64,000 nt of DNA from a virus, in IMG/VR virus record IMGVR_UViG_3300031687_000001, positions 32,001-96,000 of that record, one strand, 5' to 3'. Each line of letters opens with the position of its first letter. Within the stretch, counting starts at the first letter, position 1. This document shows, piece by piece, positions 49,418 through 59,201 of this stretch. The translations under genes were made by a program, and so were the position numbers. Below the pieces are notes generated by a model that worked only from the letters and a program-made list of their open reading frames with translations, made no database searches and was not told where the DNA came from.

Positions 49418-49876
49418 TTATAAGCCCGAGGATTTAGTTTCTTGTAGGTATTCTTTAAGAACTTTTGATCCGCCTACTCTAACGTTAATGATTCCATTGT
49501 AGTAATCATCTGTTTCAAGTACTCTGCGTTCAAACTGTTCGCGTGCTTCTAGGTAACTTGCAATGCCCCTTGTAGGACACATATGAATAATTTCTCTTGT
49601 GAAACTATCTTTACCTAGTGCTTCAACGTCTGCATTAAGTCTATCACTAGAGCCGAAATATTCTCTCCAGTCACTTTCTTTAGTGCCACGTCTCTTATTC
49701 TTTTTTCCCTTTAGTGGTGGTTTAGTAGTTTTAAACTTTGCTAATTTTTTACCTATATATAACATACCACTAACAGTATTTGTTATCAGATACACAAATG
49801 CTTCACACCCATCCGGCAATGCTTCTATAACATTACCTTCGTATGTCCAGTCATATGTAATTTTATTTTTTTCCAC
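49418..49876 (-). CDS. Stand-alone GIY-YIG nuclease (Seg-like catalytic domain), 152 aa
   Basis: FVYLITN...YIGKK, WREYFGSS, YLEAREQ, YYN motifs. Confidence 0.8.
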   Translation of the reverse strand: MEKNKITYDWTYEGNVIEALPDGCEAFVYLITNTVSGMLYIGKKLAKFKTTKPPLKGKKNKRRGTKESDWREYFGSSDRLNADVEALGKDSFTREIIHMCPTRGIASYLEAREQFERRVLETDDYYNGIINVRVGGSKVLKEYLQETKSSGL

Positions 49877-50087
49877 TAACGGCTCTTATTAATTTTTGTA
49901 GAATATCAGCACCAATACTTTGGGTGATTTCCTCGCTCTGTAGGTTTGATTTATAAACCCATAAAGTATTATCCTCATCTCCAGCCAGATCAACATCGAA
50001 CTGACTTGGATGAGTGGCATTGCCTGTTATTACAGGTTGTTTATCAATGCCAATCTTTTTTTTAGGTTTTGGTATATTATGTATCAA
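49863..50087 (-). CDS. Hypothetical protein, 74 aa
   Basis: Overlaps both neighbours within the operon. Confidence 0.55.
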   Translation of the reverse strand: MIHNIPKPKKKIGIDKQPVITGNATHPSQFDVDLAGDEDNTLWVYKSNLQSEEITQSIGADILQKLIRAVSGKK

Positions 50088-51849
50088 TTACTTCCATCTC
50101 TGTGTTAAATGTAGTGAATCCGTTCTCTTTCGTAACTTGTAATACACTATTAACACGACCAATCAATTCATCTCTGTGAGAGATAAGTAGAATATCTTTA
50201 TTACGTTCACGCTCCATTTTCTTTAAAGCAGTTAACGCACTTTCAACACCTACACTATCCATTCCTGAATCAATCAATTCGTCAATACACATTAAGTTGA
50301 TAGCAGAATTCATACTCTCGTATACATCTCTAAATGCCCAACTCAATCCTAGAATTAAACGATTGCGTTCACCCCTAGATAAATTGTCAAAATCTAAATC
50401 TTGTCCTAATTGTACAATACTCACAGACAAGTCACTCTGAAATTTAACTTCATGTGGTAGTCCTAGTTGTGTAATATAATGATCTAGACGAACATTAAGG
50501 AACTGTAGATTTTGTTCAATGATACGCTTACGAATAAACGAGTCTTTGTTTGTTAATAGTTTTAATAAAAAATCCTGATGATCTTTGATATCGGTTAAAC
50601 GATTAAGTTCTTCCCAATCAACTGTTTGTAACCCAGTATCTTTTAATGTATCAATTTGTTCTTGATACGGATCTGATTCCGTTGTCTTCCGTTCAATAGA
50701 TGCGATGGTATTAGACAACTTATTCTGATGTTCATATGCTTCTTGTGCGGTATTATAAAACAATTTAGGTGCAACGCCTAAATCACCTATGTTATTTAGT
50801 TCATTGGTATATGCTTCAATAGTAGCAACATCTATCTCTATCTGTTCTTTATATTCAGCAACCGCCAATGTTTTAGTTTCAAGAATCTGTTCATGTTTTT
50901 CATCATGAATCTCTTGTCCACATGCGTAACATTTGTGTTCCATTGATGCATCTAAATCTTCAACTGCTTTGATGAGGCGTTTATTTTCACGCTCAACTGT
51001 AGTTGTTAATTTAGCAATATCCTTGGTGTAAGCATTAAATTTATTTTTTCTTGCTGTGTATGCTTCAAATGCAATGTGTGCTTCCAATTCAATTTCTACA
51101 TCGATCTCGTATAGCGCCATTAAATCTGACTCAAGATCTGTAATAGATTCTTCATTGGTTCTATGCCATAGACGTTGTCTACGTTCTAAATCTTTGATAC
51201 TTGCATTAAATCTCTCATTCGCATCTTCAACTGCGCGAACACGATAATTTTCTTCTTGTATTTTATCTTTACCTGTTCTGATAAGTTCTTTAAGTAATTC
51301 TGCTTTATCAGATAATTGAGTAATACCTAACAGTTGTTCGATTAACTCGCGCTGATCATTGGCACGCATACTCAAGAATGGTTCAGTGTATGTATTTAGG
51401 GCGATAATATGCTTGAACATTGTGTGAGTCATACCAATGACTTTTTCAATAGCAACTTGTGTCAAGCGACCTTCGCCTTGACCTTCGTCTGTCATGTCAC
51501 TATTATCTACTTCATTTACGTAGAATTTAAAAACATTAGGACTACGTCCACGTTCAATGCGATATTGCGCACCGTTCTTTTCAAAATCAACTGTAACAGT
51601 CATGTGTTTGTTGTTGATCTTATTGATAAGATTTGATTTTTTAATATTAAATAATGCACTACCAAATAGTGCATATGAGATTGCGTTAATAAGAGTAGTT
51701 TTGCCTACTCCATTACGAGAACCATCACCACCCATATCAACATTATTGCCGAGTACTAGAGTTAGTCCAGTTTCATTTATGGTAACGGCTTGAGTGACGT
51801 TACCAACAGAAAGAAAGTTTTTAATAGTTACATTTTTAATAGTTAGCAT
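50077..51849 (-). CDS. gp46: Recombination ATPase gp46 (Rad50/SbcC-like)
   Basis: KNFLS, NGVGKTT Walker A, CYAC zinc hook, LSRGE signature, IDE Walker B. Confidence 0.95.
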   Translation of the reverse strand: MLTIKNVTIKNFLSVGNVTQAVTINETGLTLVLGNNVDMGGDGSRNGVGKTTLINAISYALFGSALFNIKKSNLINKINNKHMTVTVDFEKNGAQYRIERGRSPNVFKFYVNEVDNSDMTDEGQGEGRLTQVAIEKVIGMTHTMFKHIIALNTYTEPFLSMRANDQRELIEQLLGITQLSDKAELLKELIRTGKDKIQEENYRVRAVEDANERFNASIKDLERRQRLWHRTNEESITDLESDLMALYEIDVEIELEAHIAFEAYTARKNKFNAYTKDIAKLTTTVERENKRLIKAVEDLDASMEHKCYACGQEIHDEKHEQILETKTLAVAEYKEQIEIDVATIEAYTNELNNIGDLGVAPKLFYNTAQEAYEHQNKLSNTIASIERKTTESDPYQEQIDTLKDTGLQTVDWEELNRLTDIKDHQDFLLKLLTNKDSFIRKRIIEQNLQFLNVRLDHYITQLGLPHEVKFQSDLSVSIVQLGQDLDFDNLSRGERNRLILGLSWAFRDVYESMNSAINLMCIDELIDSGMDSVGVESALTALKKMERERNKDILLISHRDELIGRVNSVLQVTKENGFTTFNTEMEVIDT

Positions 51850-51852
51850 AGT

Positions 51853-52884
51853 TTATATGTGTAAGTCGTTATAAATTGAAATTAAAGTTTCGTTACGAAT
51901 AGAATTAGATGTAATTGCACCAAGTTGAGTAAGAACAATTTGGTCAACATTTTCTACTGATATATCTCCATCCGTATCCCAGTCTTCGCCAGATACATTG
52001 TCCTTCTTAGACGGCATTAGCGATATTTCACGTAAATCATAATCGGCAGCAAATGTTTCTTTAATATAATTTGCTTCTTCATATGAAATATTGATATCTA
52101 ATATTATACGACAATGTGTGTTATTTGTCAATATACTACCAGCATCATCTAATAGTTGACTCAAGTTTGCTACGCGATACTTAGGTGCATCTTTCCATGT
52201 TTTAAAGTCGTATGTGCCATCCCAGTTTAGGAAAGTGATACCACGATCATCATCCCATGCATCTGAATAGTTATGTGGGAAACAGTTTCCTGGATAGATG
52301 ATATTACCTTTTTCCTGACGTTTATGGAAATGACCAGAAAATACTTTATCTGCTTTAGATAAGTCTGATGCTTTTAATCCACCGTGATCGGGCATTTTAA
52401 TCATAGCATTCAGGTAAAAGTCTGGTAATTCAAAGTGACCGAAAATAAACTTAGACTTTAATTCCTTCAACTTCTTCCATTCATCATCAACTAACCATGG
52501 GACAAATGCAACACCATCTTCTTCAAAGATTTCATCATTGATGATGTTGATGTTAGGATATTTATTTGCAAATGGTAGTGAGTTGATATCTCGTTTTTCA
52601 CGATAATACAGATCATGATTTCCCATGATCATATGTACTTCGTCGAAATTATCATTCAGTATCTGTAACGCATCAACTGTGTAATTTAAAGTACCCACAT
52701 TGATAGTCGCTCTGTGATGATGCCAGTCACCCAAGAAGAAACATTTTTTAATGTTCCTACTATGGGCTTCTTCTATCATCCATTTAATAAAGTTAAGACA
52801 ATCATTGTTATGCATCTTGGAATTATTTTTAAGTCCAAAATGTATATCTGTGAAAATTACTGCTTCATCAAAAAATTTACTCAT
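51853..52884 (-). CDS. gp47: Recombination nuclease gp47 (Mre11/SbcD-like)
   Basis: DIHFG, GDWHH, GNHD, GHF, SGHFH motifs. Confidence 0.95.
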   Translation of the reverse strand: MSKFFDEAVIFTDIHFGLKNNSKMHNNDCLNFIKWMIEEAHSRNIKKCFFLGDWHHHRATINVGTLNYTVDALQILNDNFDEVHMIMGNHDLYYREKRDINSLPFANKYPNINIINDEIFEEDGVAFVPWLVDDEWKKLKELKSKFIFGHFELPDFYLNAMIKMPDHGGLKASDLSKADKVFSGHFHKRQEKGNIIYPGNCFPHNYSDAWDDDRGITFLNWDGTYDFKTWKDAPKYRVANLSQLLDDAGSILTNNTHCRIILDINISYEEANYIKETFAADYDLREISLMPSKKDNVSGEDWDTDGDISVENVDQIVLTQLGAITSNSIRNETLISIYNDLHI

Positions 52885-52904
52885 TTATAATTCGTCCTTT
52901 CCAG

Positions 52905-53807
52905 TCATTCTGTGATTTCTTCTTCTGATATTACCCGTAATTCTTCGACATCGTCAGTTTCCTCAGCAGGGATATATTTGGTTTTCTGTACTTCCCATTC
53001 TGCGTTGAAGATACGAGTGTTACTTGGTTCTAGACCTTCTTCTTCTAATAAATCATCACGAATGTTTTGATTGCGTTTTTCTAGATTCAATACACGAGTG
53101 AACGAGTTATTGATTACAGTAGTGAAGTATGCAAATGGATTCTGTGATTTAAGTTCATTGAACTGTAAACCGATCATTGTCAATTGTAAAATTGCTTGAC
53201 CACGCATTTCATCTACATATGTGTATCCACGCCAGTTACCGCGCATAGAGTATCGTTCACATAATTTCATATACATCATCGCTAAGCGTTCAGTTGTGTG
53301 ACCACATGTAACACTAAATTTACCTGTGTCTAATTCACCGTCCCAATGAGAACGAGCGACTTCAGTCCATTCATCATTAACCATAGCAAGATGCTTATAT
53401 GCTGGAAAATTACAGCGAGAATGATGATCTGCTACTGTTTTAGGTGTCTTCTTACGTGCTTCTAATGGAATATGATCATAGCCCATAACGCGGAATACTA
53501 TATCAGTAGTCTTGATAGAATCAATACTCACTGCGAACTCGGCTGCTTTAGGTTTAGTTTTCTTGGTTAATTCACCATTATTCCATCGAACCACTTCTGC
53601 TTCGTGTGCAATCTTTTGTAACCTAGATGCTTGTGCATCTTTTGCAAGCAGAATAGTTTCTTCATTGATTTCATCGAAGTCTTCTACGATGTGGTCAAAT
53701 AGGAAATATTGCTCGTCTGCTAACCAGCAGAAAGTCATTTTAGATTTATGTATTTCTTTAAGTATTTCTTTGTTCTTTAAGTAATGTGTAGAGGGATCTC
53801 TTGCCAT
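52905..53807 (-). CDS. gp55: Late transcription sigma factor gp55-like
   Basis: HYLKNKE, NWRGYTYVDEM, KSQNPFAYFT; upstream of gp47/gp46 as in T4-like phages. Confidence 0.85.
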   Translation of the reverse strand: MARDPSTHYLKNKEILKEIHKSKMTFCWLADEQYFLFDHIVEDFDEINEETILLAKDAQASRLQKIAHEAEVVRWNNGELTKKTKPKAAEFAVSIDSIKTTDIVFRVMGYDHIPLEARKKTPKTVADHHSRCNFPAYKHLAMVNDEWTEVARSHWDGELDTGKFSVTCGHTTERLAMMYMKLCERYSMRGNWRGYTYVDEMRGQAILQLTMIGLQFNELKSQNPFAYFTTVINNSFTRVLNLEKRNQNIRDDLLEEEGLEPSNTRIFNAEWEVQKTKYIPAEETDDVEELRVISEEEITE

Positions 53808-53838
53808 TAGGTTTATTGCTCCGTTTAATATTAGTACA

Positions 53839-53867
53839 ATTATATATCAGTTTGATCAGTTTGTCAA
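53839..53867 (-). promoter_or_regulatory. Sigma70-type promoter for the gp55-gp47-gp46 operon
   Basis: Perfect TTGACA-N17-TATAAT. Confidence 0.85.
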
Positions 53868-53948
53868 GTCTTATTCGTTATTACAGTGAAATCATTAAGT
53901 ACATAGTTTATCTTGGGCTAAATACATGATAAGTAGGAGATTATTAAG

Positions 53949-54557
53949 ATGCGTATATCAGACATCATTACAGAAAGTATAGCAAAGCAAGTCACTGTGT
54001 TTTATGGCGGACGTTTCCAGCCAATGCACTCAGGGCACTTTGCGTTGTATAAAAAATTAGTTAACAAGTTTGGTGCTGATAATGTATTTATCGCTACTAC
54101 ATTTGGCAAGAAACAGCAATCAATGCATATGGCAGATGATTTCTCGACTGATCCATTCACCTTTGAAGAAAAGGCATCGATCATGTCTAAGATGTTTGGT
54201 GTACCAGCAAATCATATTGTTAATACACAACCATATCGTCCAGATGTTTCATTGGTAGGCAGAGACAAGAGTAACACAGCAACCGTATTAGTGTTCAGCG
54301 AAAAAGATGCTGGGCGACTAAAGCCGGGTGGTGTATTGGCTCCAATGCCAGATGATATGAACAATTTACAGACAGAAGATGAAAATCGTGTATATTATAT
54401 CACAATGCCAACCGAGCAAGGTGGTATGAGTGCGAGCGATTTCAGAGAAGTTATGCGCAGTGAAGCAGAGTTTGAAGAGAAGAAACAGACATTCACCAAA
54501 TTCTTTGGTAAATTTGATCAAGAGATTTTTGACTTCATCGAAGGTAGATTACGATAA
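53949..54557 (+). CDS. HxGH nucleotidyltransferase (cytidylyltransferase-like)
   Basis: GGRFQPMHSGH, PFTFEEK, MSASDFR; late box CTAAATA at 53918-24. Confidence 0.8.
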   Translation: MRISDIITESIAKQVTVFYGGRFQPMHSGHFALYKKLVNKFGADNVFIATTFGKKQQSMHMADDFSTDPFTFEEKASIMSKMFGVPANHIVNTQPYRPDVSLVGRDKSNTATVLVFSEKDAGRLKPGGVLAPMPDDMNNLQTEDENRVYYITMPTEQGGMSASDFREVMRSEAEFEEKKQTFTKFFGKFDQEIFDFIEGRLR

Positions 54558-55198
54558 TGGCTGGTATTCCAAGTAAAAATAAACCAAAATTAGTATTGCG
54601 TGATGCAAATGCACAATGGGCAAAAAACTTATTCAAGACAGGTATCTTGAAGGAATTAGCAGATGTCAATGGCATCATATTTCCGTACACACCTGCTATG
54701 ATGCAAGCAGCATTCTCAGCCAATTATGGTACATATGATACAACGCATAGTGTGTATCAGCAACAATACTATGTGAATACGCCAAATCCTACTATTAGTA
54801 TACAGGCATATTTTGTGTCAAATACAATAGCAGAAGCAAAGTACAACATTGCATGTTTGCATTTTTTAAAAGCAATGACAAAAATGGATTATGGAACAAC
54901 ATCAAATACTGCTGGCGCACCACCGCCAATTTTGCACTTTAGTGCATACGGAGAATACAATTATAATAATGTTCCTGTGGTAGTATCTGGCGTTGATTAC
55001 ACATTTGCAGACGCAGAAGATTTGATAACAGTTGAAGTACCAGTTGGTACGTCATCTGACACATCACCAGTATCAATACCGACAAGTTTTGCAGTATCTA
55101 TCACAATGATGATGCAGCAAAATCCAGCAAAGGTAAGTAACGAATTCTCATTTGCTAATTATGCAAGTGGTAGTACATTAAGAAATGGAATGATATAA
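54557..55198 (+). CDS. Baseplate/tail tube initiator-like protein
   Basis: GIIFPYTP, GAPPPILHFSAYG, NVPVVV; first gene of the baseplate cluster. Confidence 0.6.
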   Translation: MAGIPSKNKPKLVLRDANAQWAKNLFKTGILKELADVNGIIFPYTPAMMQAAFSANYGTYDTTHSVYQQQYYVNTPNPTISIQAYFVSNTIAEAKYNIACLHFLKAMTKMDYGTTSNTAGAPPPILHFSAYGEYNYNNVPVVVSGVDYTFADAEDLITVEVPVGTSSDTSPVSIPTSFAVSITMMMQQNPAKVSNEFSFANYASGSTLRNGMI

Positions 55199-55199
55199 T

Positions 55200-55487
55200 A
55201 TGGCAGTACAATATGATACAGACAGTGTATACAAGAATACAGAAATTGTAGACAATAAATATCTTGACGTAATGGAATCTATCATCAGTGATATATCAGT
55301 ATATGATGTATATTCATTAACTCTGGAATCAAAGTACAACGAGCGACCCGATCTGTTGGCGTATGATTTATTTTCAAATGCCAACTTGTGGTGGGTATTC
55401 GCAGAATTCAATCAAGACATCTTAAAAGATCCGATCATTGATTTTAAGTCTGGACTAACTATACAAGTCCCAAGAGATTTTATATAA
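55200..55487 (+). CDS. gp53: Baseplate wedge gp53-like (LysM-like)
   Basis: ERPDLLAYDLF...LWWVFA...N. Confidence 0.8.
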   Translation: MAVQYDTDSVYKNTEIVDNKYLDVMESIISDISVYDVYSLTLESKYNERPDLLAYDLFSNANLWWVFAEFNQDILKDPIIDFKSGLTIQVPRDFI

Positions 55488-55496
55488 GGTAAATGC

Positions 55497-57350
55497 ATGT
55501 CTACAAGTAGAATAGATGTAACACCTAACTGGTGTTCAACAGTTGATAGTCCAACATACAAACTTACATGGTACATTGTTAATAGAGATGTATTTAATAA
55601 TCCGCGACTATTAGATCACAATAACGCAGTCATCACCAAAAAGGCTGTGATTATCGCTGCATCTGGAGAAACATCAGAATACTCAATAGAAAATTTAGTA
55701 CTACAGTCTAGGATTTCTCCCGGATCTGATACTGGTAATACAACAACTGGTGCATTTCAATTTGATATATATGAGCCAGGTGGATTTCAATTATTAAATA
55801 GAATATTGCAACTCAGTCATTCATTCGGGTTTTCGACTATGCAAACTGCGACATATGTATTAAAAGTTGAATTCATTGGTAGAAAGGTATCAAATTCTGC
55901 ACCAGAAAGATTTCCTGGCGTATTCTATTATCCAATGTTGATGTCAACCATCAATGCAAGTGCTGGTCCAGAAGGTTCACAATATAACATTGTGGGAGCA
56001 AATCAACATAAGATAGCAGTGGCGAGTTCAAAAATCGTAACTGATATTAAGTTGTCAGGAATTACCACTGTCAAATCATTTGTAGATAAACTGAAAATAG
56101 AGTTGAATGAGCATGAGCAGAATATACGAAAAACACAAATCACTGACGGTAGTGTTCTAAATGCAAAACAATGGGAAATTAAACTAGATCCTAAGTTTGA
56201 AGAGAAGTATATCAATTCTTCCATGAAATCAGATATTACTGGAACTGGGCACCCCACCGATTTAAATCCTGAAGCAGTGGTGTATATGATATTCAAGAAT
56301 AAAAATATAGTAGAGTATATTACTGAAATGTTGACTAAGCGAGTACCAGATTTTTATAATACATTTAGTCAAAATGAAGCCAAAAATAAAAATACACAAA
56401 ATAAAATATCACATGCATCAAGTCAACGAAGAGATCAAGGCGATACGGGTAAATCAAAACCTAATCTTGATATGTATGTAAATGACTTCATAAAAGTAAC
56501 ACCAACAATAGCATACAAAGACGTAAAGGATTTGTATACAAATTCAGACCAAGAAATAATTACATTGACAATTAGTTTACATACAGCGCATACTAATCCT
56601 AGTCCAGATCCAAGCAGTCAACAGAGTGCTACTATTAATGCATCATACCAATCTAGAAGACTTGAGTTATTGCCTATCTACAAGTCTTATAATTTTTTAT
56701 TCGCTGGCAATAATTCAGAGGTATTAGACTTCAATTTAAATTTCAATCAGATGTTTTATTTAACTCGTGACCCATCTGATGGTGTTGCATATACTAAAAT
56801 CTCAGGCGACATGGGTCGTGGAGAAGCAACTAGGGTAAAATCAAAAGTGCCCACGTATCTAAGTGAGTTATCGGTAAACAATTCATCACCGATTACACAA
56901 CTTGAAAATATTGCATATACTGTAACAACAACAGATTCAAAAGATCAGAAGAATAGTGATGAACCAAATTCAGTAACCGCAGCAGATCAGGCAGAAATAA
57001 ATGCAGCAAGTCATGATTACATTATGTTTGATATGACTATCAAAGGTGATCCGTATTGGTTGGGAACACCTGGATCGTATGTTAAGGCAACAACCTACAA
57101 AACGCTTATTGAAAATTTAGACGAAGATTCATTGATTGTATTCATTAATTATCTACCAGACAATGGAAAGACTGACGGTGCACGTAGACTTGATATTGCA
57201 TCAAGTGGTGTATATAAAATATTAGAAGTAGAGAGCAAATTTCAATTAGGTAAGTTTACACAATCGTTGAAAGGTATGCGCGATAGAAATTCGTCTACTG
57301 ATTTAATTCAACAAAAATTAAAAAAAATAGGATCACAGAATGGGAATTAA
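55497..57350 (+). CDS. Baseplate hub protein (gp27-like)
   Basis: IKGDPYWL, SGVYKILEVESKF...GKFTQSL; position before gp5. Confidence 0.6.
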   Translation: MSTSRIDVTPNWCSTVDSPTYKLTWYIVNRDVFNNPRLLDHNNAVITKKAVIIAASGETSEYSIENLVLQSRISPGSDTGNTTTGAFQFDIYEPGGFQLLNRILQLSHSFGFSTMQTATYVLKVEFIGRKVSNSAPERFPGVFYYPMLMSTINASAGPEGSQYNIVGANQHKIAVASSKIVTDIKLSGITTVKSFVDKLKIELNEHEQNIRKTQITDGSVLNAKQWEIKLDPKFEEKYINSSMKSDITGTGHPTDLNPEAVVYMIFKNKNIVEYITEMLTKRVPDFYNTFSQNEAKNKNTQNKISHASSQRRDQGDTGKSKPNLDMYVNDFIKVTPTIAYKDVKDLYTNSDQEIITLTISLHTAHTNPSPDPSSQQSATINASYQSRRLELLPIYKSYNFLFAGNNSEVLDFNLNFNQMFYLTRDPSDGVAYTKISGDMGRGEATRVKSKVPTYLSELSVNNSSPITQLENIAYTVTTTDSKDQKNSDEPNSVTAADQAEINAASHDYIMFDMTIKGDPYWLGTPGSYVKATTYKTLIENLDEDSLIVFINYLPDNGKTDGARRLDIASSGVYKILEVESKFQLGKFTQSLKGMRDRNSSTDLIQQKLKKIGSQNGN

Positions 57351-58467
57351 TATTAAGACAGTACGGGGCAAAGATTTCCCTGCTGGACAATATGTAGGCA
57401 TTGTTACTGATAATACCGATAGTATGTACACTGGTCGCGTATCAGTACGATTCGGTGAATTTGGTTCGCTAGCAGATAGTGAAGTAGATCATATTTGTTT
57501 ATTGTGTACTCCGTATGGAGGCGTTACAGGTACAACAGCAGCAGATGTAACTGATGATGAAAAGGCATATGGTAAAGATGGCACGAGTGAAAACGGTACA
57601 CCAAAAAGTTATGGTATGTGGCCACAACCGCCTGCTGTTGGAACATCTGTGCTAGTTGCATTTGTTGAATTATTAGAACAAGGCATAATTGTTGGGTCAC
57701 TGATGTCGCGTAGTAGAAACCACATGATGGGTGGTCGTGCAAGCGCAGAATCACAAGATGGTACTATTCAGCCAGTTGGTGAAAAGAATCCAACTGATAC
57801 TGACGATGAAGTAAAGAAGCCCGTTGATCCTATTGCGAAGGCATGGTTGGAGAAACAAGGACTACAAGATGATTACTCCCGTGGTCATAGTATGTCTAGT
57901 GCACGACGAGAATCACCAAGTAACGTATTTGGGATAACCACATTAAATGGCCATGTATTCACAATGGATGACGGCGATTCAGACGGAGACAGTAAAAACA
58001 TTAGATTGCGAACTAGACAAGGCGCACAGATATTATTAGACGATACGAATAAATTTGTATACATTACAAATCATGATGGCACTGCTTGGATAGAACTAGA
58101 CGAATCTGGCAACATAGATATGTATAGTAAAGCAAGCGTGAATATACATGCAGCAGAAGATTTAAATTTACATGCTGGTGGTAACATCAACATGGAAGCA
58201 AAGAAAAATATCAATATGAAAAGTGGAACTGATGTGATAGTACAAGCATTGAATGATATTCATAACAAAGCAGGTGGAAATCGTGTAGATACTGCTAGCA
58301 TGGTTTATATGAATAGTTCAGTGAGTGCATTGTCGCCGACCGTTAACCAATTAGATACTAACGAAACAGTTACAGAAAGTGTGTCTGCGAGAGTACCAGA
58401 GCATCATCCGTGGAAAGGTGCGAGTAAGATACAAGAAACAATCAAGACAGCGAAAGGCAAAACATAA
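57340..58467 (+). CDS. gp5: Baseplate central spike gp5-like (OB fold plus beta-helix, no lysozyme domain)
   Basis: D..YTGRVSV, SYGMW.QPP.VG, GHVFTMDDG, VPEHHPW. Confidence 0.8.
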   Translation: MGINIKTVRGKDFPAGQYVGIVTDNTDSMYTGRVSVRFGEFGSLADSEVDHICLLCTPYGGVTGTTAADVTDDEKAYGKDGTSENGTPKSYGMWPQPPAVGTSVLVAFVELLEQGIIVGSLMSRSRNHMMGGRASAESQDGTIQPVGEKNPTDTDDEVKKPVDPIAKAWLEKQGLQDDYSRGHSMSSARRESPSNVFGITTLNGHVFTMDDGDSDGDSKNIRLRTRQGAQILLDDTNKFVYITNHDGTAWIELDESGNIDMYSKASVNIHAAEDLNLHAGGNINMEAKKNINMKSGTDVIVQALNDIHNKAGGNRVDTASMVYMNSSVSALSPTVNQLDTNETVTESVSARVPEHHPWKGASKIQETIKTAKGKT

Positions 58468-59189
58468 TGGCTACTATATTACCTACTACTATAACACCAG
58501 AAACCGTGATAGATTATTCTCGCTGGACAATCAGTGACGTTGCTGTTGTTGATACAGAGCAAGAACTACGTGTATTTGAGGCAAGTAGTGATATTATTAA
58601 TTTTGCATTGAGACGATTCGAGTGGAGAGGGTACAAAACAACCCTTGACAATGACACTCAAATAGGTTACAATACTATCAACGATAAAATTAATAGTGTA
58701 GGATTACTAGAAAGCGAAGCGTATAGTGAATGGCTAGAAGACTTCAAAACAAAAGAGCGAAGGTTTAAGAGACTACTTGCAATTAAAACATTGAGTCAGT
58801 CACAATACGATGCGTTACTATGTCTATATTATTTCACTGGTGATTTCACTAAAGTCGGAACGACTGCAAGGACGTTTGATTTGTCTCAATTGATTATAGA
58901 TAAGAAGTGGGATTACATAGCAACCGCATTAATTGAAAGTGGATACGATAGACTGTTAACACAGCCGCTTGCAAAGATAATGATGTTGGGTGATTATGGA
59001 AATCGTACCGAGCGAGCATTATTACGAGAACGTGGACTACAGGCACTGCGCACAGAATATTCTGCATTGACAGATAAACTAGCACGCCAGCAAGCGGAAT
59101 ATGTTTACTACGCCGAAACAAAAAGATTTTTACCAAACTTAACACAAACAAGAAAACGACAGATAGTTACTACTGCGAATACAATATAA
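58467..59189 (+). CDS. Baseplate-associated lysozyme-like protein
   Basis: QIGY and LSQSQYDAL motifs of phage lysozymes; coupled to gp5. Confidence 0.55.
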   Translation: MATILPTTITPETVIDYSRWTISDVAVVDTEQELRVFEASSDIINFALRRFEWRGYKTTLDNDTQIGYNTINDKINSVGLLESEAYSEWLEDFKTKERRFKRLLAIKTLSQSQYDALLCLYYFTGDFTKVGTTARTFDLSQLIIDKKWDYIATALIESGYDRLLTQPLAKIMMLGDYGNRTERALLRERGLQALRTEYSALTDKLARQQAEYVYYAETKRFLPNLTQTRKRQIVTTANTI

Positions 59190-59201
59190 AGGTATTACCT
59201 A

